Shown: in pieces, positions 46,107 through 59,718 of the stretch
Numbering within the stretch: the stretch's first letter is position 1
Layout of the letters: each line of letters starts with the position of its first letter
From: Nemertoderma westbladi
Taxonomy: Eukaryota; Animalia; Xenacoelomorpha
Length of the DNA stretch: 64,000 nt
Reading direction: 5' to 3'
Assembly: GCA_032718475.1 (NCBI GenBank)
Contig: JAUCBJ010008167.1
Coordinates: 3,730-67,729, forward strand
The notes under the pieces: generated by a model
What the model was told of the DNA's origin: nothing
Database searches by the model: none
Seen by the model: only the letters and a program-made list of their open reading frames with translations
Translations under genes and position numbers: made by a program

Positions 46107-46799
46107 TCACCCCGAATCCAGCACCCGTGAACCGGACACTGGGACCGGGCTGCCACCGGGCTGCCACCATTGCCGAAACCCGGCTCCTCCATAAATATTG
46201 CCATTCGGACATTCCCTTGTCCGGAACTGCCGCCACCTGTTGCGGGACACCTCCGCCATATTGGACACCATGAGCTCGGGAATCGCCACCAGGGACACCA
46301 TGCCGGGCACGGAACCCTCACCCAAGTGTGTCCGTTGGTCCACCACCTTGGTGACCACCAAACCCATCACCACACGCGCCACTCCCACTCCTGATCGCTA
46401 CCAACGGCGACAACGGCACCCCCCAGCGGCTCTGGAGTACAACCCATAATTCACGGACTGAAACTGAAACTGAATGTAATTTGAGCCTTGCTCGTGCTGT
46501 GCGATGGACCGACCACGCCAGCACCCGGACTTTCGGACACTTACGGACATTATGATAGCCCCAGAAAATATTCCTGGGACTCGAAAGGGGATGGGGGCTA
46601 TTATACATACAGTAGTTTATTACGCCTTGCGACCCATAGATAGCGCTAGGCTAGCATTATTATTATCTTTAGGTTTCTTGCTGTAGTACTGTACACCTAA
46701 GCCTATATGAAGCCACGGCCCTACTGTAGTTGGTGTAGTGGTACCATATATTATATGCGATATATGCATGATACACTAAGGAATGAAACAGGAAATTGA

Positions 46800-48420
46800 A
46801 GGCCTATGTCATATTATATTTTTATCCCATACGGATAAAAAATTCGGACAAAAAAATAGTACTTACTTTTTGTAATAGAAATAGTTATTATTATTTGGTA
46901 TGAATTAATATTCTAGAAGACCATGACAATGATATGTAGCACTCTAATTAATTGGGCACTCCCAGGCAAAAGGGTCCCTACTACGCCCTGAAGACACCCC
47001 CTACAATTTTTTTCTACCAGTGCTTTTCTAGTGTTTTCAAATTTTTTTTTTTTTTTTTTTTTTCCTAGATAAATATATATTGGGCTATAAATTTAACAAC
47101 ATACGAATATAATTATTCACTAATAACTAACTATTCCATAAATTCAACTACCTAATCTACTAGTTCTAGAAATAACGGCTGATTGAATAGAGTTTGTAAA
47201 GGTTTCATCTAGTATTCCTCCTCTCCTTCCTCTCTTTCTTCTCTTTCTAGTGTTTTCAATAATTTTTTGGTATTGGTGAATGTTCTGTGTTTTGCGAACA
47301 ATACTGTGTTTTGGGCATAACCTCTACAAAATTTTCTAAATCTAGCTAGATTTTGTTACTTTTTTTTAAATGTTCTAGAACATAATGTCTAAATAAAATA
47401 CTTTAAAAATTTTGTTCTATAATAAATAAATAATTTATCTAATAATCTATAATAAATGTCTAATAAATATATTTAAAAAAAATAATAATAATCAAAAGAA
47501 ATAGGGTTGGTGGCTCCATGACATACTAAATATAATAATATCAGACATTGATGAAGTAAGAGTAAGGACAAGTTAGATGATACCGGTAATTACTATTGAT
47601 TCTAATTAAATTTAAGAAAGTTATAGTTGGAAGAAGAATGGATGGAGGGAGATAGAGAATCCCAACGAAGGCGACTCAACCCTGTTGTCTAAAATGTCTA
47701 ATAAATTACTTTAAAAATTTTGTTCTATAATAAATAAATTGTTGTTCTAGAACATTTCATAAAAAATCAAGCCTATTTGTTAAATTTTTAACATTTAATT
47801 TTCATTATTTTTTATGTTATCTTTGTTTCCATAAAGAATAGTCAATCAGTTTTGCTAGCTATTCTAATCGAAAACAATTTATAGAACTTGATACTTTCCG
47901 TGCATAAGACAACAATATTTCATGTTAATTTATAACACATAGCCAATATTATTCATTAAATTATATTTATTAAATATAAATACTTAACATAAAATATTTT
48001 AACTAGCTAATAATAACTAGTAGCTAATAATTATAAACAGCAAAAAACAACTTTTTTTAAATGTTCTACAACTAAAAATATTTGTTCTAGAACATTCTTT
48101 AAAAAAATAAATAGACTATTTTTCTAACACATTTTTAAAAAAAATAACAAAAAATAGCTAGGAAAACAACAAAAAACCTAATTAATTAAAAATGTTCTAG
48201 AACAACAATTATTTGTTCTAGAAAAAAATTAATAGACAATATGTTTTAGAACAAGCTAGCATACAAAAAATTGGAGGGGGGTGTGCCCTAAACACAGTAG
48301 TACCATATGTTCTATAACATTATTAGATAGATGTGTATTTCATGGTAGCTTGTGTATTTTTACTAGCTTGTAAAGGATTTCTCGTGCCTTCAGCACGATA
48401 AGCTCCTAAACGGCTTTTAA
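46800..48420 (+). repeat. AT-rich ~1.5-kb duplicated segment (paralogue at 62328-63750)
   Basis: Colinear from AGGCCTATGTCATATT to CTCCTAAACGGCTTTTAA, with internal indels. Confidence 0.85.
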
Positions 48421-48761
48421 ATGTATCTCAAAAATGATTCCAAGTCCTAACACACTTCGTTTACTGCTTTAGTTTTTCTTGGTCGAGATGACTGACTTGA
48501 AATAGCTCGCATAACACACGTTCCTACAACTGCTTATACTTTACGGACGTCCACAACCCTTTCAAGATAGTGCAAAAAAACGGAGATTTCTATTTTCCAG
48601 ATGTTATTAATGTCTTCCTTGGATAAAAAATAGTGTATGGTACACCGTAACACCATAGAAAACCCTCTGGGAAGAGGAAAAAAGAGAAACCAGGTGAGGG
48701 GTGGTTTGGGTCCGTTAGGAACCACAGTATAGCCTCGAAAAATAATCCCAGTCTATAGTCC

Positions 48762-49804
48762 TATAGTCTATCTATCAAGCAAACAGTCGGCCGAAGCCGG
48801 AGGCGAAGGCTCCTCTTTCGATAGCTGCTACCCGAGGGTAGGGGTGGGCGCTACTCCTATAGTCTATATAGGTTGCTAAAAAATAGTCCGAAAAGTTTTA
48901 ATATAGAAAATTTGTCGTAAAATAATTGGTGCGGCTTCATCCTATTGGAAAACTTGGCAATATTGCAAACACCAGGTTACTTTCTATTTCCAAATGGGGG
49001 TGGGAGTGATTGGACGCAGGAAGTTCGCTGATACCTTGTCCTACGACTCAAAGGTATGACCGAGGTCGCGCCAATGTTGCTGGCAGAGTGTGCAAGCACT
49101 AGAGGGCTGGTTGGCCCAGAGCTCTTTCTCTGTAGGAACTAACCAACCCACGCTCCTAAGCCCCACCAACACTAAGCGAAGTAAAGGTGGGTATAGGAAC
49201 AGTCCAACCCGGCTGCTGAGAACTGAGCCAAGATAGCGTGCCAAGGGCTGCCATCTACAAGGCCGAGTGATACTGACTGCTGAAATAGTGAAATGTGGCC
49301 CCTTATAAACCCGGTGTTTGGGGTCAATAAGGAGTTGACCCCTAATTATCACTTGCTAAGGATAGTGGTCTTTCCTTAACAAGAATTTGTTAATACACGT
49401 TAAAGTTATAATTGAAATTGACAGGTGAACTATTCCCATTATTATTTAACATAGCTTCCCAGGGATAATGTGTGTAAGCCAATCATAATATGTTTAGGCA
49501 GGCTATAATGAGAGTGATGCTCTCCCATTGGGTGGAGGTAATTGGGAGAGATGCTAGGAAGATATTACTGACTGGTGGGTTTATTGGGTGTTTGAAGCAA
49601 AGAGCAAAGGCGGCCCTTCAAAGGCGGCTATTCCCTCTCTCTCAGGGGTGTAACCCTTGACCCCTATTGTGTGTGTGTTCTCTGGGGTTTCTCCTTCCCA
49701 CTTTGTTGGGGTGACACGAGGTTGATTGATAGTCATCCTCGTGTTCCCCAATATTGCTTAAACCTCACTTTATGGGGTGGTTAGCGGAATTGAATAAGCT
49801 AACA
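48762..49804 (-). mobile_element. Putative solo LTR related to the LTR at 1907-2441
   Basis: Minus-strand start TGTTAGCTTATTCAATTCC versus TGTAAGCAGATTCAATTCC, and a shared CTTCGGCC...AGACTAYA end. TATAAG near 49305. No clear TSD. Confidence 0.45.
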
Positions 49805-50197
49805 TCCCTTGATAATGGTGAATGTTCTATAACCCAGTAGGTATTTTTTTTATGGTAGCTAGTGTTTTTTTTACTTGCTAATATTTTTTGAAAATAAATG
49901 ATTTTACTTTTTTTGTTAACAATTGATAAGTCCAGTAGTATACCGCTTACCGCATCCTAGTAACGAAGCACCTTACTGTAGAATCCAGCAGTGCATACGG
50001 GCTCGTACACAGTGCTGTTCAACAGTCATTTGGTGTTATTTAGTTAAAGTGGTTTTAGTTAATTTGTCGCGACGAATTTAGTTAGTTAAAGCGTTTTTTA
50101 AAGAAAAATAGTTGAACTTTCAACTAAATTCTAACTAAATTCCAAACCTTAGCCATACCACCATTACCGATCACACTGTACTATTCGGCCTTCTTAA

Positions 50198-51618
50198 CCC
50201 TATTAAACCCGGGGGGGGGGGGGTCAATATGACCCCCCCCCCCGTGGTTTTTTTATTATAATTCTGAAACAAACACAGTTGGGAATCTGAAATTTTATGA
50301 CTTTTCCTAAAAATCTATTGTCTTCCTAGTAGTGAAAACCGTTTTGAAAAATGTTGGGTAGTTTTCGAGTTATAGCACCATTTTTTAACCCTACTTTTGG
50401 CACTTTTTTTGTGACGTTTTTTGAAAATTACATTTCATTAAATATTAATTGTAACATCTCTATTTTTGATTTACACCGGTTTTTTGGTGTTAGCAATTGG
50501 ATAGAATTTATATAAATTGATTTAGAAATTTCAAACTTGTTTTTTTCGGCGGGTGCCAAATTTTGGTGCCAGCACCAAATTTTGAAATATTTCAATTTTG
50601 TAAATTGATTGTTTGAAACTTGTTTTTTACGCAATTGGGGTTTTTGGAGTTCTGGTTTCGATGAAATATATACGAGTTGCACCAAGCGTATCAAACTTGT
50701 ATTTTTCAGTGCTGTGTGCAAATTTTGGTGCTAGCACGAAATTTTGAAAATCCATTCAATAGATAAAATTGCTTGTGACAATTTATTTCTTGCATTTTAG
50801 AGGTTTATGGCTGTTCTGAATTCAATGGAATATATAATTATCGAACTAGACATCTCAATCTTGTATTTTTCGGAAGTGAGTGCAAAATGTGGTGCTAGCA
50901 CCAAATTTTGAAAACCATCAAATATATCAATTGATTGTGTCATCTTGTTTCTTGCGTAATACGGGTGCGTAATACGGGTTTGTTAGGGTTCTGAATTCAA
51001 TGGAATCAATAAAAACAGCACTGGACATCGCAAACTTGTACTTTTTGGTGATGGGTACGAAATTTGGTGCTAGCACCAAAATTTGCCAAATTACGCCGAA
51101 AAATACTAGTAGCAATGATCTGGCATATTTGAAATGTATTCCATTAGAATCAGCGCCCTAGAAAACCTGAAAATGTGAATTTATAGCATCGTATAAGTGA
51201 ATTAAAAATTTTGTGTTCTAACTGAAAAGTGCTGGTTACTTGTTCTTTTCATTTTTTTCCTACGCATAGAGGACTAAACAGCCATTTATGGTAATCAAAT
51301 CATTTTTAAATATTTTCCAATGTATTTTGCGCCCCAGAAAACCTGTATTGAAAAACAATTAGCCGAAAAATGTAACTTACAAATTTTGTGAAAATTGTGC
51401 ACTACTTGTAATTTTGGTGCTGCAATATTACCACCCCAGTACATATTTTAGAAATTTTTTTTTCGGTCCGATCCATACTAGTGATACCTACGTACAAACA
51501 AAAAATCAGACGTTTTCGTCAATATTTGTAGATTTTAGAGGGAGGGGTCAATATGACCCCCCCCCCCCCCCCACCCCCCGGTATTTGTACAACATTTTAT
51601 AGCCCGGTACTAATAGGG
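50198..51618 (+). mobile_element. piggyBac-like non-autonomous element (MITE)
   Basis: TTAA|CCCTATTA ... TAATAGGG|TTAA, with subterminal GGGGTCAATATGACCCC palindromes at both ends. Confidence 0.85.
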
Positions 51619-52228
51619 TTAAATATTGGATGGCAATGAGCAATGAGGATGTCAAGAGGTTTGGATGAGAGATGTGGATGGGAATAATATGGGAATTTAT
51701 ATACTGTATCTAAAGTGGTATAGTGCTGCCTACGAAGGCGTGAAAAATATATTACATAGCTGTTGGTACTTTTTGAAATTATAAAAAAAAATGGGAAAAC
51801 ATTGAGATTTCAGGTTTAAACTGTTACAGAATATATTAATGACCAAAAATATTAATGATATTATAACAGTTTTACAGCTTATATTAATTTTTTTCAAAAA
51901 TTACTTGCTAGTAAAAAATACACTAGCTACCACAAAAAAATATCTGCTAAGATTCTAGAACATTCACCAATATCAAAACAAACACTCAAAAACACAAAAA
52001 AAGGTTAAAAAAAATAACAGGGGGAAGTTCATTTTTGGATAGTTTACCTTAGATTGTAGGATTCAGGCTAAAAACAAAACACTGGGAACTTTAAAAATAT
52101 ATAAATACCTTGATAATAATTATTGTAACTAATAGATTTGTACACTAATGAAGTTGAAAAAGTAGTAACTTCCACTAATTGTAAAAAGGTTTGCACTAAT
52201 ACAGAAATTATAATATAATAAAGAAAGG

Positions 52229-53842
52229 ATGTATAAAATACCAACGATTATACTAAATCATAATTGCCGATTATTAACATTAAGAGAAATAGGTATTGTG
52301 AATGTAACTCGGGCTTTGGCAACAGGAATAGTGAATGCAGAATGTCGGAGATGGAAACTGCAGGCAGTTCGAAATGATAATCAATGCAATGTCCTCTGTA
52401 AGTGGCTGAAAGAACTACCAAATGTCCTTCGCATTGATCTACGGAAGTTCATTCTACATGCTTATATTATGGCATTTAAACAGTTGAGGAAGAAGTTCAA
52501 TAAATTATATCCGCCATATAATGCTAATAATGATATACATTTCAGGAGAATAGGGAGATGGCTTCAGAGACATGTATTGCGAAAGAAACCAACTTTGGGC
52601 GGCATTATGGAAACCTACAGAAATCTTTACATCAATCAACGTTTTTGTACAATTGATATAATTGTTAATAAAGATTTTCACAAAGAATTTCAATATAGGG
52701 CAATTGTTGTCCGTCTATTAAGTTGGCTGCCAAAAATGGCAGATGCACTGACGTCAATAGATGTGCTATATTTGTCCCGAGACCTGTTGTCCCGCACACT
52801 GAATACTATATTTATAGGCAAATTTATGTTTCCTTTGCTCGTATCTATAAAAATTCCACACATAACTGAAGACATTCTCAAAGGTATCATATGCAGCTGC
52901 CCCAATCTCAGAGTTCTACATATTCCTTGTTCTGATGTCACCATCGACACCTCTACACTACAGAGTCTAGCACAACTGGAAAGTTTGCAGGTGTTAAATA
53001 TTCAGATGTGTGATGAGATATCAATTGATAAAATAATTGAAATGCAAAAAATGCTGCCAAAGATCGACATTATTACATATAAATCTAGGGAGATACTTGA
53101 GAGAAACATAAGTAACTTTCGTTTCCGCTATTTCAGTGTTTTTAACAGTAATGATACTGATCAATCTATCACTGACTACCTCAAGGAAACTGTAATTCCT
53201 CATTGCCGAGATGATATCGAAGAGCTTGTGTTTAAAGTTTATTTATATCAGGATCTCCAATTATTCGACCAACTTAAAGCATTTCCAAACTTGTCTAAGT
53301 TGATTTTCAAAGTGAACGGTGAAATGTCTCCAGAAATTATAATGGAAACAGCTCATAGAGGTATTACTCTCCCAAATGTCACAGAATTGTTTTTAAGTGT
53401 GTTAATGTCTGAACCAGTCATTTTGGCTGATTTAGGCTACATATTTCCAAATGTAAAGAAATTGAAATTAAACAGGATTCTATTTCTTGAAAACCCCGCT
53501 AACAATATTATAATGAGATTTCTTCGAATGATCGATATACAAATATATAACTACCAAAGTCTAATAATGTTACTAAGAGCTTTGCAACCATCATTAACTA
53601 AAATATCCATTAGCTTTGCTCATAGCTATTCCCATTTTGGTGTGCCACAACCTACCCAATCAGAAGTAAAGGAAGATATCAAGGCAATCATAGATTCTGG
53701 GACTTTTGATGATTTAGAGTCTATCAGCTTGTATCACAGCATATTTGTTAATGATTTATCTAAGGAATTTGTGGAAATATTAGCTGAATCAGTATGGAAA
53801 CGATGTAAGAAGTTGCACCGTTTCACAAAATCAATGTATTGA
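52229..53842 (+). CDS. Leucine-rich repeat (RNI-like/FBXL-like) protein
   Basis: Intronless 537-aa ORF in AT-rich DNA with LRR-type segments CPNLRVLHI, LESLQVLNIQMCDEI, FPNLSKLIF, LPNVTELFL and FPNVKKLKL. Confidence 0.7.
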   Translation: MYKIPTIILNHNCRLLTLREIGIVNVTRALATGIVNAECRRWKLQAVRNDNQCNVLCKWLKELPNVLRIDLRKFILHAYIMAFKQLRKKFNKLYPPYNANNDIHFRRIGRWLQRHVLRKKPTLGGIMETYRNLYINQRFCTIDIIVNKDFHKEFQYRAIVVRLLSWLPKMADALTSIDVLYLSRDLLSRTLNTIFIGKFMFPLLVSIKIPHITEDILKGIICSCPNLRVLHIPCSDVTIDTSTLQSLAQLESLQVLNIQMCDEISIDKIIEMQKMLPKIDIITYKSREILERNISNFRFRYFSVFNSNDTDQSITDYLKETVIPHCRDDIEELVFKVYLYQDLQLFDQLKAFPNLSKLIFKVNGEMSPEIIMETAHRGITLPNVTELFLSVLMSEPVILADLGYIFPNVKKLKLNRILFLENPANNIIMRFLRMIDIQIYNYQSLIMLLRALQPSLTKISISFAHSYSHFGVPQPTQSEVKEDIKAIIDSGTFDDLESISLYHSIFVNDLSKEFVEILAESVWKRCKKLHRFTKSMY

Positions 53843-54874
53843 TGAACTACAATCAACACGTGGCATCTAGTGAATAATGGTGCCGTCGATGAACTATTTC
53901 TTTAAATGTTAGAACAAACTTAACTGTAATAGACTTTGATTAACTCTGACAAGATTAACTGTAGGATCTATGATTAACTCTGGGGGGCACCTTTATTAAT
54001 AATGTAATATATATATAATAATAAAATGTAATATAACTTTTAACCTTCTATCTCCCAGTGTTCCCAATTGGGAGCAGTTTTTTAAATTCAACTGGAAGAA
54101 ATTTAATTTAGGCTTATATTACTTTTTTTAATGTTAATATGTTTAGGAAGAGTGGAATATTGTTTTTAATTTTCAACTTCAAGTGTTTTCAAAGTCCAAG
54201 TTGGTCTTTTGGCATGCCAAATTATGCTGATTTTCATTTTTTTCGATTTTTGGGACATGCAAAAAATATTAATCAAAAATGACAAATATGATATTCAAAC
54301 CAGTGGCGACATTAAAATTAGGTTTTTAAATAATATGACATTATTATTTGAAAAAAAAAATCAGAAAAACGACTTATCTTATGCAAAATTGATGTTCCCA
54401 TTTGGCAACACTGGTGAGAAAATAGAATATCAAAAATGAGAAAATAATTTTACTCGATGTATTACTCAATACGATGTAAAAATCATTTAAAATTACATAA
54501 CGAATATGTTGGCCCTATTTATTTGTGTCCTGCTGTATCAAAAACGACCAGCTATTGTCCCATTTGGGAACACTATGGGAACGTATTTCTGCTGCAAAGT
54601 TATATAGTAAAATTGAACCAAATACTGTTTGACTATTGATGTAGGTAGGACGAATGCAATATAATATAATACATATATAATGTATATATAATAACATATA
54701 ATGTTATAATAATGTACATATAATAATATATAATGTAAAATATAAAATATAGTAAAATTGAACCAAATACTGTTTGACTATTGATGTAGGTAGGTAGGAC
54801 GAATGCAATATGTATAGCTGAAATAAACCTTATTATGCATTTTTTGTCCCAGTTGGGAACAATTTTTGGTGTAT

Positions 54875-55487
54875 AGGCTCGGCTCGGGACGCGAGAATAG
54901 GTCTAATTGAGCACAGTAAGGCGTGTTTACTCGGATCTGGACTCGAAATTAAAACTAATGGAGCACAGTAGGACGTGTTGGCTCGGTTCTGGACTCGAAA
55001 ACATATCTAATGGAGCGCAGTAGGGTATGTTGGATCGGTTCTGGACTCGAAAATATATCTAATGGAGCGCAGTAGGGTATGTTGGATCGGCTCGGGATGC
55101 AAGAATAGATCTAATGGAGCGCAGTAGGGTATGTTGGATTGGATCGGGACGTGAGAACAGATCTAATTAAAGGCAGTAGGGCATTTTGGCTCGGGTCAAG
55201 ACGCGAGAATATATCTAATGGAGCGCAGTGGGTATGTTGCATCGGTTCGGGATGCAAGAGTGATCTAATGGAGCATAATAGGGCGTGTTAGCTCAGTTCA
55301 GGGCTCGAAAATAGATCTAATGGAGCGTGCTGTAGGGCAATTTGGATCGGCTCAGGACGCGAATATAGATCTAATGGAGTGCAGTAGGGCGTGTTGGCTC
55401 AGTTCAGGGCTCAAAATAGATCGAATGGAGCGATGTAGAGCGTGTTGGCTCAGCTCAGGACTCGAAAATAGATCTAAGGGAGCACAG
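54875..55487. repeat. ~52-bp degenerate tandem repeat (about 12 copies)
   Basis: Approximate unit ATCTAATGGAGCGCAGTAGGGCGTGTTGGCTCGGTTCGGGACTCGAAAATAG, recurring at about 55005, 55057, 55109 and onward to 55472. Confidence 0.85.
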
Positions 55488-56273
55488 TGTTCCCAAATGG
55501 GACTGACCTGGTTCTTAATAGTAGAATATAATTTCAACCAAAGCATCTCCCTAAGTTGTTTACTAAATCAAATCAAACAAAATCCGTCACCATCGTTTAC
55601 TAATTCAAATCACCCAAAAAACATCACCAGTGTTCCCAAATGGGACATGAAAGTCGGCCCCAAGACCAATAAAATTTTATAAAAGTCTATAAAATTGGAA
55701 TCTGTTTGTGGTTTTTAATGTTTTGAATCATAACTTTTTACTTTTGTTATTATATAAAATATATTGGATTTGCTGTGCTGCCAGTGTTCCTAAATGGGAA
55801 CAGGTCTTTTTTGAGAAAACTAACAGGCGCAATTAAAAATTTTTTTTTTTGCAATGTTTATTTTGCTGCCAATGCTAACTGTATACAGAAATCTTATATT
55901 TTTATCAGATTATTATTCGGTTTCAGTGCATATAATATTTGTGCTTCGTGTGTATTGAATAGCCCATAAAGTTGTGTATATTGTTGCCTAACAACAGTTG
56001 TGGTATTACTGAACTCTCATTGGTAACTACCGAAGCCGGTATTCTTGCGTGTTATTGGCTGTTCTATTTTTACTGAGCATTGTGTTGTGTATCCGTATAT
56101 AATCGGTGTCCATCTCGACACGATAGGCTTAACCTTGATAACATCTCAGGTAATTTACATCGATTTTATAGCCTAGCGAGCCACGTTAGTTACAGTGGCC
56201 TGCAATATTTTACCTAGTCACTTGCGCTAGTCACTTGCAATTTGTAACTAATCATTTGCAATTTGCAACTTAA

Positions 56274-57275
56274 CCCTTTGAGCCCTAAGGACGTATATAT
56301 ACGTCCTCAACAGTGTCCTAAGGACGTATATATACGTCCTGGTGTTAATTGCTGCTAATGGGGATGATTCAAGTTTAGGTTATTCTAGCAGTGTTTATCC
56401 ATCGCTTAGGACACTATACTATCCGTTTTAGTTAAAAAATAGTGATCTGGTGTTTGAGTTAGAGGTTGGAATTCAACCAATCAGTGATGAGCTCCTTTTC
56501 AGAGAAAGCAGGCTGCTTATTGAAAGCAGATTGATTGTACCTTTTACTGTACAGTAGGATATGGCAGAGGTTTGAATGAGTAGCCCTTGAGAATTCCAAC
56601 CAATCAGAGTTTATTTCCCTGTCAAGCTTTCCACTGTAATAATCTACTTTGTAAATAAATAAATACATGACTGAAAAGTGAAAAGTGAAAACCTGGTATT
56701 CTTCATATTGGTGAATTACGTAATTGTATTTCGTAAATAGAATAATGGGTATGATGATTGTTCCTGTACTAGCATCCTGGTGGATTATTGTGGTAATTCT
56801 GCAATAATGATGCTATATTGCATTTTAGTATTACAATAATTATTCATTTATATTTATCATTCATTCACAGTTTAGGGCTCCAGGGCTCTGCCTTGATAAA
56901 TGCTTTGCAGATTATCATAAATAAGTAATATAGATTATACCGGTACCATAAATAGACCATGAAATATAATAATATATATGATATAGTTCAGAAAAATAAA
57001 TATTTTTTTCATTTTTTAATTTTCAAAAATTATTTTTTTTTAAATTAAAAAAAATTTTAATTAAATTTTTTTTTTTAATTTTTAAAAATTTAATTTTTTT
57101 TAATTAAAAAAATATGAAGAATATCAATCATGACACCTTTTAAGATAAAAGTCAAATCATTTTAAAAATGTGTCATAACTTCTAGATGATTGGCATTGCC
57201 TTAACTGTGTTTTAAAGTTTGCTTAATTTTTAGGTTCTGGGGGGCTATTTAAAAAAGGGCCTAGTAACCAAAGGG
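56274..57275. mobile_element. piggyBac-like MITE (second family)
   Basis: TTAA|CCCTTTG...CAAAGGG|TTAA. Empty site CAACTTAAGT at 58351-58360. The palindrome AGGACGTATATATACGTCCT occurs twice near the left end. Confidence 0.9.
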
Positions 57276-57935
57276 TTAAGTTTGCATTTACTATTATTGC
57301 ATTACTTGTTGATGAATATATTGGACCAGAGATCAAACCAACTCGATTTCCACACGGTGAGTGTATTTGCGCCCTGTCAGTAATAAGATACGGTTCATTT
57401 AATGCGAATGTGTGAGTCCATAGTATTGTTATATTATTCCCAACTAGTAACTATTATTTACCAGCAATGCAAGTGATTCGAGTAAACCGTGCGCTTATCA
57501 CGCACCAGGCCAATGTAGTGTCCTACCTGTGATATATGTAAGTCATACGTACATTTACTAGCCAACAACACAATATAACGGAACGGTCTAAATGGGAACA
57601 GGTCTTTTTTGAGAAAACTAACAGGCGCAATTATTTTTTTTGCAATGTTTATTTTGCTGCCAATGCTAACTGTATACAGAAATCTTATATTTTTATCAGA
57701 TTATTATTCGGTTTCAGTGCATATAATATTTGTGCTTCGTGTGTATCGAATAGCCCATAAAGTTGTGTATATTGTTGCCTAACAACAGTTGTGGTATTAC
57801 TGAACTCTCATTGGTAACTACCGAAGCCGGTATTCTTGCGTGTTATTGGCTGTTCTATTTTTACTGAACATTGTGTTGTGTATCCGTATATAATCGGTGT
57901 CCATCTCGACACGATAGGCTTAACCTTGATAACAT

Positions 57936-58223
57936 GTCTCAGTGTCCGAGTGGATATGTCGCAGTGTCCGAGTGGATACGGCGCCTGAACTGCTTACACA
58001 ATAGTGTTTGGTGGCGCAGGTTCGAATCCGACTAAAGGCTGTAGAAATTTCGCATTGTTGTGTCCCTAGGCAAGACACTTTAGACATTAGTGCCTACGCC
58101 AACCCAGCGGTATAATGGGAACCTAGCTTTGCTGGGGTAATGATAATAAAAGCGCTTTGAGTATGCCAAGCATAATAAAGCGCTATATAAATAACCAATA
58201 TTATTATTATTATTATTTATTAT
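57936..58223 (+). mobile_element. tRNA-derived SINE with TSD TAACAT
   Basis: A and B boxes, TTA tail, TAACAT at 57930-57935 and 58224-58229. Empty site at about 56139-56144. Confidence 0.9.
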
Positions 58224-59718
58224 TAACATCTCAGGTAATTTACATCGATTTTATAGCCTAGCGAGCCACGTTAGTTACAGTGGCCTGCAATATTTTACCT
58301 AGTCACTTGCGCTAGTCACTTGCAATTTGTAACTAATAATTTGCAATTTTCAACTTAAGTTTGCATTTACTATTATTGCATTACTTGTTGATGAATATAT
58401 TGGACCAGAGATCAAACCAACTCGATTTCCACACGGTGAGTGTATTTGCGCCCTGTCAGTAATAAGATTCGGTTCATTTAATACGAATGTGTGAGTCCAT
58501 AGTATTGTTATATTATTCCCAACTAGTAACTATTATTTACCAGCAATGCAAGTGATTCGAGTAAACCGTGCGCTTATCACGCACCAGGCCAATGTAGTGT
58601 CCTACCTGTGATATATGTAAGTCATACGTACATTTACTAGCCAACAACACAATATAACGGAACGGTTTACACGTAACTATCATACCCCTTTGAAGCAGTT
58701 TATAAGTGCTGAGGCCTTATACTTACAGTAACTAATTCTAGATCTCGTTAAGATATATATATTAGATAATATATATATATACCCCCATACTTTCGTGAGT
58801 GTTCCTGCTATGAGGCAGGTATCCCGAGGCATTGATAACACTCATAAGAACTACATAATGGCTTGCTAGACATTTTCAGGTTAGCCTCCCATAAACGCCT
58901 CGACAGTTTAAGATGACTCGATTTGAAATAGTTTCAAAAATTTCAACGAAGTTGATCAGATTTAAAGAGGGTTGGGAAATAGAAGGTTAATTTGTTTGAA
59001 TGCTTTGTCAAAACAAGTAAAATCAAAATATGGAATTGTATTGGTAATTTTATCATTGAACAAATCGCAAAGCAGGTATTAATTATTTTGTCTTTATTTT
59101 TGGCATTGGTGATGGGATTTGTAGGACACTTTCTTTGAATTAGCAAGTTGTCATATGCATACAGCAGGTGAGATTCCAGTTACCAAGATGAATAGTTAGC
59201 AAACGCTGTGCGGTAAACCCCCCTAATCCTACCGTGGTGCACAATTTCTTCTGACAGTCTATCAATTAACCTGCTTGATCAATATGGATTGAGGATATGT
59301 GTAGTTGAAGCCAATGAGTTACAATTCAGTGCCTTCTTCTGGCTGTAAAGAAAAGCCTGTTTCCTAATGAAATTTATTAATCTTATTGTAGGTTTTCTCA
59401 ATGAAACAATCACATATGAACTGTGTCACTACAGAGATATATGCTCTGCTCTGTTTGTGAAGATAATATTTAACACTGTGGCAAACACATGACTAGTAGT
59501 TGTGAAGATAATTGAAAACAGATGTAAAGGATACTGATTCATTAATTTTAATTACTTCCCACGAATTTGGAATCCATAATAATTTAACGTAGCATTTTTC
59601 AAACAATAATAACATTCTTCATGCAAATCAAATGCTGTCGAGGATTGGGGGCATTTACGGTAATGTCTTGAGGAATGTTAACCCTATGTTTTGCGATGTG
59701 TTTCGTTGGGAAAAGAAA

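Larger units (their letters stand above)
55790..58905 (+). repeat. Tandem pair of the same repeat family as 39427/44265, each copy with a different insertion
   Basis: Copy A (about 55790-57588) contains a TTAA MITE. Copy B (about 57589-58905) contains a SINE. Each copy shows the other's empty site. Confidence 0.85.

Noticed and set aside
54875-55487. CRISPR-like periodic array
   Set aside because: The whole ~52-bp unit is repeated with drift. There are no unique spacers and no cas genes, and the context is eukaryotic.
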